Source of the DNA: Flavobacteriales bacterium
Lineage (GTDB): Bacteria > Bacteroidota > Bacteroidia > Flavobacteriales_F > PHOS-HE28
Length of the DNA: 64,000 bases
Assembly (NCBI GenBank): GCA_016704485.1
Contig: JADJAA010000002.1
Coordinates: 945,892 to 1,009,891 of the forward strand
Reading direction: 5' to 3'
Position 1 is the stretch's first letter. Every line of letters starts with the position of its first letter. The position numbers were made by a program, and so were the translations under genes. Below are positions 1-10,303 of this stretch, one piece after another. Under the pieces are notes generated by a model. The model had not been told where the DNA came from. It searched no databases and saw only the letters and a program-made list of their open reading frames with translations.

Positions 1-61
1 AAGGAAACATCACGGGTGATCGTACTCTTGGCTGCAGTCTGTTTGGTGTTCATTTTCAGGG

Positions 62-910
62 TCAGTTCTTGTTCTTCGCTATAGCGTTTGTAAGGTCCCG
101 GTGCAATTTATCGGCATCCGGAAGCACTACACTTTGCGGATAGGCATCCGCGAAATTATGATAACTCTTGATAGCAGCGTTCAAACGCTCCAATTTCTTT
201 TCTTCCACACTGTTCTGTGCCAACTCAAAATCACTCTTCAGTATGAGCAGCATTGCATCTTCCTTAAAGCGGGAATTGGGCCATTCGCGGATGAAATTGA
301 GGAACGCCACACTAGCTGCTTGGTAATTACGCATGTGGTAATATTGATCCGCACCGTGATAGGCTTTCACCTCCAATTTAGTGCGCATCTCATCCATCAG
401 TTTATTGGAGCTATCCTTCAATGCAGTATTCGGGTATCTTACAAGAAACAGTTGCAACTGGTCCATTGCAGTGCGTGTTTCGCCTTGGTCCAACTCATAA
501 TTCGGAGAGTTCTTGTAAAAACAGATGGCACTTAAAAAAGCACATTCCTCTGAATACTGGCTCTTCGGAAAGGTGCGCGTAAAATTGCTTAGGTAATAAC
601 CCGCCAAGGTGTAATCCTTCATCCCGTAGAAGGACTTTGCGTGGAGATAGTTCACGCGTTCGCTTTTCACAGTTGAACGGTAAGCCACCACTAATTCCTC
701 CAATAGCGGCACGGCCCTATCATAGCTCTCCTTATCATAATACTTCTCCGCAACGGCCAATTTGAACTCCAAACTATCGCTTTTAAGAGCACGCGTGAAT
801 TCACTGCATGACGTAAGCGTGGTGCTGCCCCCGATAACGAAGAACGACCAAGCCACCGCTATGACGATCGTAATTGCCCAGGATCTGCTTTTCGTGAGAT
901 TATTGACCAA
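62..910 (-). CDS. bamD: BamD-like outer membrane assembly lipoprotein with TPR repeats
   Basis: N-terminal signal peptide with lipobox (LTSC). Cys is followed by SEFTRALKSD..KYY..Y..A, matching the Bacteroidota BamD pattern. TPR-like repeats throughout. Confidence 0.55.
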   Translation of the reverse strand: MVNNLTKSRSWAITIVIAVAWSFFVIGGSTTLTSCSEFTRALKSDSLEFKLAVAEKYYDKESYDRAVPLLEELVVAYRSTVKSERVNYLHAKSFYGMKDYTLAGYYLSNFTRTFPKSQYSEECAFLSAICFYKNSPNYELDQGETRTAMDQLQLFLVRYPNTALKDSSNKLMDEMRTKLEVKAYHGADQYYHMRNYQAASVAFLNFIREWPNSRFKEDAMLLILKSDFELAQNSVEEKKLERLNAAIKSYHNFADAYPQSVVLPDADKLHRDLTNAIAKNKN

Positions 911-1136
911 AAGTATGGATGGTATTAATCGGGTATATTCAGCCTAAATTCCTCATTTCAAGGAGATTTTCAACTGAAAGGCCGCAAAGGTAAGTTGTTC
1001 GTTCCGAACTGGCGCAATTCCCATTCCAACGTTCAGTGGATAATAAACGGACAGAAGATGTTGACGGTATGTTGACTCGGTTACCTTTGCGCGAACCCCG
1101 AAATGGGCTTTACACCTAAAAACGAACGTTCCTACT

Positions 1137-2381
1137 ATGAACGATATTTTTGATAAGATCCGCGAGGACATGGGCCCAATTGGCCGCCACCACAAGCAAA
1201 GTCATGGTTACTTCAGCTTTCCGAAATTGGAAGGAGAACTTGGAGCGCACATGAAATTCCGAGGCAAGGATGTTCTTGTTTGGAGCCTGAATAACTACTT
1301 AGGATTGGCCAACCACCCGGAGATACGTGAAGTGGATGCCCAAGCCGCAAAAGATTGGGGCATGGCCTACCCAATGGGTGCCCGCATGATGAGCGGACAG
1401 ACCAAATATCATGAACAGCTCGAAGATGAATTGAGCAAATTCATGGGCAAGGAGGATTCATTCCTGCTCAACTTCGGTTACCAGGGCTGCATGAGCTGCA
1501 TCGAGGCGCTTCTTTCCCGGCATGATGTTCTGGTCTATGACAGCGAGTCACATGCTTGCATGATCGACGGTGCACGTTTGCATCACGGTAAGCGCTTCGT
1601 CTTCCAACACAATGACATGGCGAGCTTCGAAAAGCAATTGGAGCACGCTCGTAAGATCACTGAAAAGACCGGTGGTGGTATTTTGGTAATGACCGAAGGT
1701 GTATTCGGCATGGCCGGCGACCAAGGCAAACTAAAAGAGATCGTTGCATACAAGAAGAAATACAACTTCCGTCTATTCATTGATGATGCGCATGGGTTCG
1801 GTATGATGGGCCGCGATGGCCGTGGAACTGCCGATGCACAAGGCGTTATGGACGATATCGATGTGTACTTCGGGACGTTCGCAAAATCCATGGCCAGCAT
1901 TGGCGCGTTCATCAGCGGTCCAGAGGACATCATGATGTACATGCGCTACAACATGCGCAGCCAAGTGTATGCGAAAAGCTTACCCATGCCGATCGTTATC
2001 GGGGCCTTGAAGCGCTTGGATATGATCCGCTCACGTCCTGAGTTATCGGAGAAATTGTGGACTATTACCAACGCATTGCAAACGGGCTTAAAAGAAGCTG
2101 GCCTTGATATTGGCATGACCAATAGTTGTGTAACCCCGGTGTACATGAATGGCGGCGTCCCTGAGGCGACCAACGCCATTGTGGACCTGAGGGAGAACAA
2201 CGGCATATTCTGCAGCATCGTAGTGTACCCGGTGATCCCGAAAGACACTATCCTGCTCCGCTTGATCCCAACTGCAGCCCATTCCATGGAGGACGTGAAC
2301 TATACCGTGGGCCACTTCAAAAAGGTCCAAGAGAAGTTATTGGCAGGTGAATACAAGGGTGAGACGGTTGCTTCATTCTAG
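1137..2381 (+). CDS. PLP-dependent alpha-oxoamine synthase (serine palmitoyltransferase / Kbl / BioF family)
   Basis: 414 aa. N-terminal aminotransferase class I/II region. GTFAKSM active-site lysine motif, closest to the SPT-type TFSKS. C-terminal small domain present. Confidence 0.8.
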   Translation: MNDIFDKIREDMGPIGRHHKQSHGYFSFPKLEGELGAHMKFRGKDVLVWSLNNYLGLANHPEIREVDAQAAKDWGMAYPMGARMMSGQTKYHEQLEDELSKFMGKEDSFLLNFGYQGCMSCIEALLSRHDVLVYDSESHACMIDGARLHHGKRFVFQHNDMASFEKQLEHARKITEKTGGGILVMTEGVFGMAGDQGKLKEIVAYKKKYNFRLFIDDAHGFGMMGRDGRGTADAQGVMDDIDVYFGTFAKSMASIGAFISGPEDIMMYMRYNMRSQVYAKSLPMPIVIGALKRLDMIRSRPELSEKLWTITNALQTGLKEAGLDIGMTNSCVTPVYMNGGVPEATNAIVDLRENNGIFCSIVVYPVIPKDTILLRLIPTAAHSMEDVNYTVGHFKKVQEKLLAGEYKGETVASF

Positions 2382-2525
2382 TGCTGTTCAGGTATTCCTG
2401 TTGAGTTGATACACTAGTATCGACCTTTCAAATTACTGCCATTTTCCGATCAACGACCAGTGGTTAATTGCTTTAAGAACGTTCAGGTACGTCTCTACCC
2501 ATAACGCACGATAATTAACTTATCC

Positions 2526-3083
2526 ATGCAGATCGCTATCATTTCGTCAAGTGTTCGAACGGGTCGTAAAAGTCACAATGCAGCTTTGCATTTGAAACGC
2601 ACGTTGGAGGAAACACCAAACACAGTTGACCTATTGGACCTCAGTACATTCAACTTCCCGATCTTCGAGGAACGATTGAAGTTCATGAAACAACCATCAA
2701 TGGCCGTTCTGGACTTCGCCGAGCGATTCCGAAAAGCTGATGGCGTGATCATCGTTACCCCAGAATACAACGGTAGTTTTCCGGCCAGTTTGAAGAATGT
2801 GATCGATCTCCTCACAGAGGATTGGAAGGGCAAACCGGTTTCCATTTGCACTGCTTCCAGTGGCATGTTCGCCGGTACACAGGTGATGGTACAGTTAGTG
2901 TTCCCACTATGGAAGATCAAGGCTTGGGTGGTACCCTCCTCGATGCAAGTACCCAAAGTTCAGGAAGCCTTTGGCGATGATGGCTCGGTATTGCAAGATG
3001 CCGAAGGCTGGGAGCGCCGTACCAAGCTGTTCCTTGATGATCTGGGATGGGCGATGGAGGCGAGACGAAGGATGGATTCCTGA
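2526..3083 (+). CDS. NADPH-dependent FMN reductase family oxidoreductase
   Basis: 185 aa. Motif MQIAIISSS..GRKS plus IIVTPEYNGSFPASLKN, typical of NAD(P)H-dependent FMN reductases. Confidence 0.7.
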   Translation: MQIAIISSSVRTGRKSHNAALHLKRTLEETPNTVDLLDLSTFNFPIFEERLKFMKQPSMAVLDFAERFRKADGVIIVTPEYNGSFPASLKNVIDLLTEDWKGKPVSICTASSGMFAGTQVMVQLVFPLWKIKAWVVPSSMQVPKVQEAFGDDGSVLQDAEGWERRTKLFLDDLGWAMEARRRMDS

Positions 3084-3242
3084 TTCCTTATTCCCGGTGT
3101 TTTGGGTAACCCTGTTGATCGGTCGTTGGGAATCAGGAATTAGAACCCGATCCAACCAAAGCCGGGAAGATCACCACCCGAAGTCAGATCAATACCCTAA
3201 TGCAGATGGCAGGAATAAGGAATTAGGAATGGAGCGAAGCGA

Positions 3243-4421
3243 CTAATCAGGAATGGACCGAAGGGAGGAATTCGGAATCGCAACAGGCACAAGGATCCGC
3301 TTCAGCACTTCCAGCGTTCGGTCCACATCTTCTATGGTCGTGAACCGACTGAATGAAAATCGGATATTTCCACCCGGCCGCTCCGGGTAAAGCGCCTTTA
3401 GTACATGCGAACCAGCGTTTGAGCCACTGCTGCATGCGCTGCCACCGCTGCAGGCCACACCTTCGATATCGAGATTGTACAGTAGCATTTCACTCCGACC
3501 ATCTTCAGGAAAGCAGACGCTCAGTACTGTGTACAGTGCATCTTCGGATCGATCCCCATTGAACTCAACCCCTGGAAACTCTTTCATGAGCTTGTTCATC
3601 ATCCGGGTCTTCAAACGTTGGACATGTCTGTGATGTTCGTCCAGATCACGATATGCGATCTCCATCGCTTTGGCTAGCCCAATAATACCGTGCAGATTCT
3701 CCGTACCGGCCCGCATGTTCCGTTCCTGACCGCCACCCAGGATCATTGGTTTCAGCACGGAGGTGTTCCGCATAAAGAGAAACCCAACGCCTTTCGGACC
3801 GTGGAACTTATGCGCAGCGCAGGTAATGAAATCAACCGGAAGTGCGCTTAGATCGAACCGGTAATGACACATGGTCTGCACTGTATCGCTATGAAAAAGG
3901 GCCCCATACTTACGACAAAGTGATCCAACTTCATAAAGGTCAATGCGCGTACCGATCTCGTTGTTGGCATGCATCAGAGATACCAGGACGCCCTGACCTT
4001 CGGTGGCTTTCAGCAATTCTTCAAGATCCCTGATATCAGGTCTGCCGTTCTGCTGTAATTTCACCCAGTGGGCTTTTACTGCGCTATCATCCTTGCACAA
4101 TTCTTCAGTGGTCAATTCTACAGCATGATGCTCAATGGCGCTGGTAATGATATGCTTAACTCCCAGATCCCTGACCGCACAGTGTAGCACCATGTTGTCG
4201 GCTTCGGTACCACCGCTTGTAAAAATGATCTCACCCGGCGTACAGTTCAACAAATGAGCAACCTGTCTGCGTGCTTTCTCAAGTCCGGCACGGGTTTGCC
4301 GACCGAACGAATGAATAGCGGAAGGGTTACCATAAAATTCCCGCATGTAAGGGATCATCGCATCGACCACCTCAGGATCAATAGGTGTGGTTGCGGCGTT
4401 ATCAAGATAGATACGGGACAT
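3243..4421 (-). CDS. Cysteine desulfurase (IscS/NifS family)
   Basis: IYLDNAATTP near the N-terminus. PLP-lysine region (HK.GPKG). C-terminal GSACSSGS cysteine loop. Confidence 0.85.
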   Translation of the reverse strand: MSRIYLDNAATTPIDPEVVDAMIPYMREFYGNPSAIHSFGRQTRAGLEKARRQVAHLLNCTPGEIIFTSGGTEADNMVLHCAVRDLGVKHIITSAIEHHAVELTTEELCKDDSAVKAHWVKLQQNGRPDIRDLEELLKATEGQGVLVSLMHANNEIGTRIDLYEVGSLCRKYGALFHSDTVQTMCHYRFDLSALPVDFITCAAHKFHGPKGVGFLFMRNTSVLKPMILGGGQERNMRAGTENLHGIIGLAKAMEIAYRDLDEHHRHVQRLKTRMMNKLMKEFPGVEFNGDRSEDALYTVLSVCFPEDGRSEMLLYNLDIEGVACSGGSACSSGSNAGSHVLKALYPERPGGNIRFSFSRFTTIEDVDRTLEVLKRILVPVAIPNSSLRSIPD

Positions 4422-4464
4422 GGTATATAGAAGGTCGATATGAATTACGGATCAATTGGCGAAT

Positions 4465-5871
4465 TTACCGGACAGTTTCGGGAATGCCGGCTACCTGTGC
4501 TACTTCATGCAGGATCCGCTGGGCCAATTGATCAGCTTGTTCCATGGATGGTGCTTCCGCATACACACGGATTATTGGTTCCGTATTGCTTTTGCGAAGA
4601 TGTACCCAAGTATTATCGAATTCGATCCGAAGGCCATCCACCATGCTATGGGGCTGAGCGCTGTGCCTTACTTGCATCGCATCTACGATCGCTTGGACAT
4701 CCATGTTCGGCTCCAGTTGGATCTTGTTCTTGCTGATGAAATAATTCGGGTAACTCTTACGCAGATCCGAACAGCTTTTGCCGCTTTTGGCAAGTAACGT
4801 CAAAAATATCGCAATGCCGACCAACGCATCGCGGCCATAGTGCAGTTCACTCAGGATCACGCCACCGTTGCCTTCACCACCTATGGGCGCATCTATTTTC
4901 TTCATCAACTCAACAACATTCACCTCTCCTACTGCGCTAGCGTGGCGTTTACGTTGGTGCTTCTCTGCAATATCGTTGAGCGCACGTGTGCTACTGAGGT
5001 TGCTGACCGTGTCTCCCTTCCGATGCGCGAGCACATGATCCGCGCAGGCCACAAGTGTATACTCCTCACCGAACAACGTACCATCCTCGCATACCATTGC
5101 TAAGCGATCCACATCGGGATCCACAGCAAAACCAACATGTGCCTTGTGTTTTACCACCGTTGTACATAGATCCACTAAATTCTCCGGCAATGGTTCTGGG
5201 TTATGCGGAAAAATGCCGTTCGGCGTACAGTAGATCTGGATGACCTCAAGAACTCCTAAAGCGCCTAACAACGCAGGAACCGCACTACCACCAACGGAAT
5301 TTACGGCGTCCAACGCCACGCGAAGTTTAGCTTTCTTTATCGCATCGACATCCACAAGGTCCAACGCCAGGATCATGTCGATATGTTTACGTGTCCATCC
5401 TGTTCTGGGGATCACGCTTCCCAACTTTTCCACAGGAACGAATTCGTAATCATTCTCGGCTGCGATCCGCAACACCTCTTCACCGTCCTCAGCGGAAATG
5501 AACTCGCCTTTCCCGTTCAACAATTTCAACGCGTTCCATTGTGCGGGATTATGACTTGCTGTAAGGATGATCCCGCCATCGGCCTGCTCTCCTGTAACGG
5601 CGATCTCCACTGTTGGGGTCGTGGCCATATCCAGATCCACAACCTCGAAACCGAGTCCAACAAGGGTTCCAGAGACCAGATCACGCATCATCGGTCCGCT
5701 GATCCGTGCATCACGTCCAAGCACCATACGCGGGCGCTCTTTACCGCTTTGTTTACGAATAAAGGTTCCGAAAGCAGCGGTATACCGAACTGTATCAAGA
5801 GGGGTCAAGCCAGTGCCAGGTGTACCACCGATGGTACCGCGAATGCCTGAGATGGAGCGAATAAGTGTCAT
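4465..5871 (-). CDS. Phosphoglucosamine mutase / phosphomannomutase family
   Basis: SGIRG start and TASHNPAQWN active-site serine loop of the alpha-D-phosphohexomutase family. The track ORF begins 20 codons upstream. The internal Met (MTLIRSISGIRG) is the likely start. Confidence 0.75.
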   Translation of the reverse strand: MTLIRSISGIRGTIGGTPGTGLTPLDTVRYTAAFGTFIRKQSGKERPRMVLGRDARISGPMMRDLVSGTLVGLGFEVVDLDMATTPTVEIAVTGEQADGGIILTASHNPAQWNALKLLNGKGEFISAEDGEEVLRIAAENDYEFVPVEKLGSVIPRTGWTRKHIDMILALDLVDVDAIKKAKLRVALDAVNSVGGSAVPALLGALGVLEVIQIYCTPNGIFPHNPEPLPENLVDLCTTVVKHKAHVGFAVDPDVDRLAMVCEDGTLFGEEYTLVACADHVLAHRKGDTVSNLSSTRALNDIAEKHQRKRHASAVGEVNVVELMKKIDAPIGGEGNGGVILSELHYGRDALVGIAIFLTLLAKSGKSCSDLRKSYPNYFISKNKIQLEPNMDVQAIVDAMQVRHSAQPHSMVDGLRIEFDNTWVHLRKSNTEPIIRVYAEAPSMEQADQLAQRILHEVAQVAGIPETVR

Positions 5872-6175
5872 TTGGTGATCTTTCAGAGCAATTGAACGGC
5901 AAAGGTACTTATACCCTATTGCAAGGACCAACCCTTCGCGTTCTCCACGATCCAGGAAACCATCATTATTGGAAGACCAAGCGCATTGTTACCAGTGGTT
6001 GTTGTCACTTCAGCAATTCCAGAATGAGGACCGATCGCACCTCAGATTGTTGATAACACGGATCGTTCCTCAGCATCTCTACTTCGATCCACCTAATTTT
6101 GTAGGAACCCGAACACGTACTAAAATACATGGATCGTGATCCATGTAGACAAGTACCACCATCTTTGCACCCTGT

Positions 6176-7588
6176 ATGAACGAAGGCTCCCTACCCCAAC
6201 CGGACCGAAATAGCGACCAGCTTAGTTGCGTTGAGCGTTACGAAGCAATGTTAAGTCGCAACGATCATTATTTCTTTGATGTGGAAGAGTTCGAGCTGAT
6301 CATAGAACATTACTTGGAGCTCAGCGACCTTGAAAAGGCAAAGGCCGTGCTTGAGGATGCCCAACGCCAGCATCCCGGTGCTGTGGACCTTATGTTCTGT
6401 GAAGCCCATTTATTGATGAGCTTGGGAAAGCTGAATCGTGCATTGGGGGTGTTGGACGTAATTGCCAAAGTGGAGCCTTTCAACGAGGATGTTTATTTGC
6501 ACAAGGCTGGTATTCATAGCCAACTTCGGAATTACCAGAAAGCGATCGATCACTTTAAGCGGGCGTTGGACCTAGCTGAAGAAGGGCTGGACGATATACA
6601 CCTTGACCTGGCCTTCGAATACGAGAACATGGAAGCGTTCCCATTGGCTATCGAAAGCTTGAAAAGTGCGTTGGAGATCAATCCAGAGAATGAAGCGGTC
6701 CTGTACGAACTGGCTTACTGTTTCGATCTTATCGGAAATCACCAAATGGCTGTTTCGTTCTTTCGTGAGTTCACGAATGAGCATCCTTATTCCTTCGTGG
6801 CGTGGTTCAACATGGGCAATTCACTGTCCCAGTTAGGCCGACCTGAGGAAAGCGTTGAAGCATTGGATTATTGCATAGCCATCGAAGATCGATTCACTTC
6901 AGCATACTTCAGTAAAGCGCGTAATTTATTGGAACTGGGAAAGCTACAGGCCGCAGTGGAGTGTTACAGCGAAACGATCCAGTTCGATGGTCCGCAGGCC
7001 ATAACGTATAGCTACATCGCCGAGTGTTATGAAAAGATGGAGAGCTACGAACAAGCGTTGATCCATTATGACCAATCCGTTGCGTTGGACCCGAACTGGG
7101 TGGATGGATGGATAGGCCGTGGCGTTGTTAAAGGCGTGCAGGACCGTTATGGTGAAGCGCTGAAGGACCTGGAGATCGCATTGCGGTTGTCCTCCGAACA
7201 TGGTGATGCAATGTTCTACACCGCCCATACCTTGGCGAGCTTGAAGCGTTATGAAGAGGCCTTGTCGATGTATGCAAAGCTGAATCGCAAGGAACCGGAT
7301 AGCCTTGAGGGGTGGCTGGAGCACGCTGAACTCCTGTTGGAGTTGAAAGGGCCGGACGCGGCGGCCAAGAAACTTAATGAAGGATCACATGTGCATCGGT
7401 TGAATGCGCGTTTCCGCTATCGCATGGTGAGTTACCTGTTGCGCAGTGGCAGGGAACAACAAGGCATGTTGGAAATGGAAGAGGCATTGATGGCCGACCA
7501 TGGTGCCCACGTGCAACTTTTTGAACATTATCCTGAGGCTGCATTGATGCCACAGATCATCCACTTGTTGGAACTATATCGCAGATGA
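6176..7588 (+). CDS. TPR-repeat protein
   Basis: 470 aa with multiple 34-residue TPR-like repeats and no catalytic motifs. Its stop overlaps the start of the downstream gene (ATGA). Confidence 0.65.
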   Translation: MNEGSLPQPDRNSDQLSCVERYEAMLSRNDHYFFDVEEFELIIEHYLELSDLEKAKAVLEDAQRQHPGAVDLMFCEAHLLMSLGKLNRALGVLDVIAKVEPFNEDVYLHKAGIHSQLRNYQKAIDHFKRALDLAEEGLDDIHLDLAFEYENMEAFPLAIESLKSALEINPENEAVLYELAYCFDLIGNHQMAVSFFREFTNEHPYSFVAWFNMGNSLSQLGRPEESVEALDYCIAIEDRFTSAYFSKARNLLELGKLQAAVECYSETIQFDGPQAITYSYIAECYEKMESYEQALIHYDQSVALDPNWVDGWIGRGVVKGVQDRYGEALKDLEIALRLSSEHGDAMFYTAHTLASLKRYEEALSMYAKLNRKEPDSLEGWLEHAELLLELKGPDAAAKKLNEGSHVHRLNARFRYRMVSYLLRSGREQQGMLEMEEALMADHGAHVQLFEHYPEAALMPQIIHLLELYRR

Positions 7589-8388
7589 ATTTCTCATTAT
7601 CACATATTCCTGCGCGATCGACAAAATCGCGTGAGGACGGTCTTACCATGGTCATGGACAAAGGCATATCCTTACGCCAATCCGAGGACATGATCTCTGT
7701 TTGCGGTGACCTTGTTGATGTCGTAAAACTGGGTTTCGGAACAGCGTATGTCACACCGAACCTCAAAGAGAAGATCGCATTCTACCGCAAGAACGACATC
7801 AAGGTCTATTTCGGTGGAACATTATTCGAAGCATTCATAGCAAGGGGCCGTTTCAAGGACTATTGCAAATTATTGGACAAGTTCGATGTTGATATGGCTG
7901 AGGTCTCCGATGGCAGCATCAACATGACAACCAAGGAGAAGTGCAAATACATCGGCGAATTGGCCAAGGACCGTACGGTTTTCAGCGAGGTGGGATCGAA
8001 GGAATCAGGGATCTTGATCAGCCCTGCGAAATGGGTGAACATGATGCGCGCTGAATTGGATGCCGGTAGTTGGAAAGTGATCGCAGAAGCAAGGGAAAGT
8101 GGAACCGTAGGCATTTATCGTCCGAGCGGGCATGCGCATACTTCATTGGTGAACAAGATCATGGCAAAGATCCCGAGCAAGGATATTCTGTGGGAAGCGC
8201 CATTGAAATCGCAACAGGTGTGGTTCATAAAACAAATAGGCGCCAACGTGAATTTGGGCAATATTGCACCGGAGGAGGTGATCCCGCTGGAAACACTTCG
8301 TCTCGGCCTACGCGGTGATACCTTCTTCCAATATGTTCCGGAAGAGGTGGTCAAGAAATTGCAACAAGTGGTTCCCGTAAAGAATTAA
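7585..8388 (+). CDS. comA: (2R)-phospho-3-sulfolactate synthase (ComA family)
   Basis: Family motifs D.V..VKLGFGT, GGTLFE, PLKSQQVWFIKQIGANVNLGNIAPEEVIPLETLRLGLRGDTF. These closely track the archaeal ComA signature as I recall it. Confidence 0.75.
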   Translation: MNFSLSHIPARSTKSREDGLTMVMDKGISLRQSEDMISVCGDLVDVVKLGFGTAYVTPNLKEKIAFYRKNDIKVYFGGTLFEAFIARGRFKDYCKLLDKFDVDMAEVSDGSINMTTKEKCKYIGELAKDRTVFSEVGSKESGILISPAKWVNMMRAELDAGSWKVIAEARESGTVGIYRPSGHAHTSLVNKIMAKIPSKDILWEAPLKSQQVWFIKQIGANVNLGNIAPEEVIPLETLRLGLRGDTFFQYVPEEVVKKLQQVVPVKN

Positions 8389-8466
8389 GGGTCATCGCTC
8401 CCTTTTTGCAAAGAGAGCACTGCTCACAATTCCATTGATTTCCATTAGGAACACGATCTTCGCGCC

Positions 8467-8784
8467 ATGAAAGAGATCACCCCCCAAGAGCTCAAAGCAA
8501 TGAAGGAAGGAAATGAAACCTTCCAGCTGATCGATGTTCGTGAAGCATATGAGGCTGAAATTTGCAGCATTGGCGGCACGTTGATCCCCATGGGAGAGGT
8601 CATCTCACGGTTGGCCGAAGTACGGAAGGACGTTCCGGTTGTCATTCATTGTCGAAGTGGCTCTCGTTCCAGCGCGGTCATTCAAGCGTTGACGGATCGT
8701 TACGGCTATACGAACCTGATGAATCTGAAAGGTGGGATCCTTGGGTACGGAAGTCAAGTGGATCAGACGTTGCGGTGCGAGTGA
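8467..8784 (+). CDS. Rhodanese-like sulfurtransferase domain protein
   Basis: 105 aa. Active-site loop CRSGSRS (Cys-X-X-Gly-X-Arg). Confidence 0.8.
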   Translation: MKEITPQELKAMKEGNETFQLIDVREAYEAEICSIGGTLIPMGEVISRLAEVRKDVPVVIHCRSGSRSSAVIQALTDRYGYTNLMNLKGGILGYGSQVDQTLRCE

Positions 8785-8859
8785 CCATGCCTATTCGATG
8801 ACTTCCACCAGATCTACGGTTACTGAATACCTGCACCATCATTAGCGGAAAGAAAGTTC

Positions 8860-9522
8860 ATGCTCGACATTATACAAGAATTCTGGTACTTCATTACCCA
8901 TCTGAATGAATCATTACCTGCATTCGTAGCGGATTACGGCTTGTGGATCTACGGGTTGTTGTTCCTGATCATTTTCGTGGAGACCGGGCTTGTGGTAATG
9001 CCTTTCCTCCCAGGTGATTCACTCTTGTTCGTAGCAGGATCCTTGGCAGCTGGCGCTAACCCCTCCATGAACTTCGGTTACCTGTTCGTGTTGCTGTTCC
9101 TTGCAGCCGTATTGGGTGATAACCTCAATTATTGGATCGGACGGTACTTCGGCAGCAAAGTGGTAAAATGGCGTTTGTTCGGACGTGATCTCGTTCAAGA
9201 GAAACACTTGGAAAAGACCCACTCCTATTTCGAGAAATACGGCGTAAAGACCATCATCATTGCTCGTTTCGTACCGATCGTACGTACGGTAACGCCATTC
9301 GTTGCTGGAGTTGGCGCCATGGACTACCGCAAGAAATTCCTGCCCTTTGATGTCATTGGTGGTCTACTTTGGATCGGCAGCATGCTAACCGCCGGATATT
9401 TGGTCGGGAACAGCGAGATCGTACAACGCAACTTCCATTATGTGGTGTTCGGTATCATCGGGATCAGTGTATTGCCCATGGTGATCGAATTCATTCGACA
9501 TCGGATAGCAGCATCCGAATAA
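8860..9522 (+). CDS. DedA/SNARE-associated family membrane protein
   Basis: VETGLVVMPFLPGDSLLFVAG motif. Multiple TM helices. Confidence 0.8.
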   Translation: MLDIIQEFWYFITHLNESLPAFVADYGLWIYGLLFLIIFVETGLVVMPFLPGDSLLFVAGSLAAGANPSMNFGYLFVLLFLAAVLGDNLNYWIGRYFGSKVVKWRLFGRDLVQEKHLEKTHSYFEKYGVKTIIIARFVPIVRTVTPFVAGVGAMDYRKKFLPFDVIGGLLWIGSMLTAGYLVGNSEIVQRNFHYVVFGIIGISVLPMVIEFIRHRIAASE

Positions 9523-9565
9523 ACGCAATGCGCAATACTTCCGACACTTTTCCGTTGATCGTCAC

Positions 9566-10297
9566 GTGATAAGATACGGACTCATCGGCAGGTCGCTCAA
9601 GCATAGCTGGAGCCAGGAATTCTTCACCAAGAAGTTCCATAAGGAAGGACTTTCGGACCACCATTATGATCCGTTCGAACTTGAGGATATTGAAGACCTT
9701 GAGTTGCTTCTCAGCGAGACCAAAGACCTGAAAGGGTTGAACGTAACCCTACCTTATAAGCAGACCGTTATGCCTTTGCTGGATGCCATTGATCCCATGG
9801 CCGCAGCGGTCGGAGCGGTGAATACCATCACGATCCGAAATGGCAGGACCACTGGCTACAATACCGATGTGGAAGGGTTCCGAAGCACACTGCTGCCTTT
9901 GTTGGATGGCGAGAAACCGCGCGCATTAGTGCTTGGCACAGGTGGTGCAAGCAGAGCGGTGGCGTTCGTTCTGCGTGAATGTGGGGTCAAATTCCGATCG
10001 GTCAGTCGCAATAGAGAACGTGGGGATCTTACATGGGACCTGCTGGAACCAGCGATCATTAAAGCCTGCACCCTTATCGTGAACACAACGCCACTCGGGA
10101 TGTATCCGAATGTTTCTGAAATGCCCGTGCTACCCTATTCCGCCGTTGGTCCAAGGCACCTATTGATCGACCTGGTTTACAACCCACCATACACGCAATT
10201 CCTTCAAAAAGGACAAGCGAACGGGGCAAGGATAAGCAACGGATCGACGATGCTACGCGCCCAAGCGGAAGCCAGTTGGCGGATCTGGAACAATTGA
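9566..10297 (+). CDS. aroE: Shikimate 5-dehydrogenase
   Basis: GLIG..L.HS.S N-terminus. NVT.PYK substrate motif. GTGGA Rossmann motif. Confidence 0.8.
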   Translation: MIRYGLIGRSLKHSWSQEFFTKKFHKEGLSDHHYDPFELEDIEDLELLLSETKDLKGLNVTLPYKQTVMPLLDAIDPMAAAVGAVNTITIRNGRTTGYNTDVEGFRSTLLPLLDGEKPRALVLGTGGASRAVAFVLRECGVKFRSVSRNRERGDLTWDLLEPAIIKACTLIVNTTPLGMYPNVSEMPVLPYSAVGPRHLLIDLVYNPPYTQFLQKGQANGARISNGSTMLRAQAEASWRIWNN

Positions 10298-10303
10298 AGC
10301 GGA

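Noticed and set aside
101-535. 144-aa plus-strand ORF antisense to the bamD-like gene
   Set aside because: It lies entirely inside a well-supported minus-strand gene. It has no motifs, and it is a typical antisense artefact of a GC-balanced coding region.
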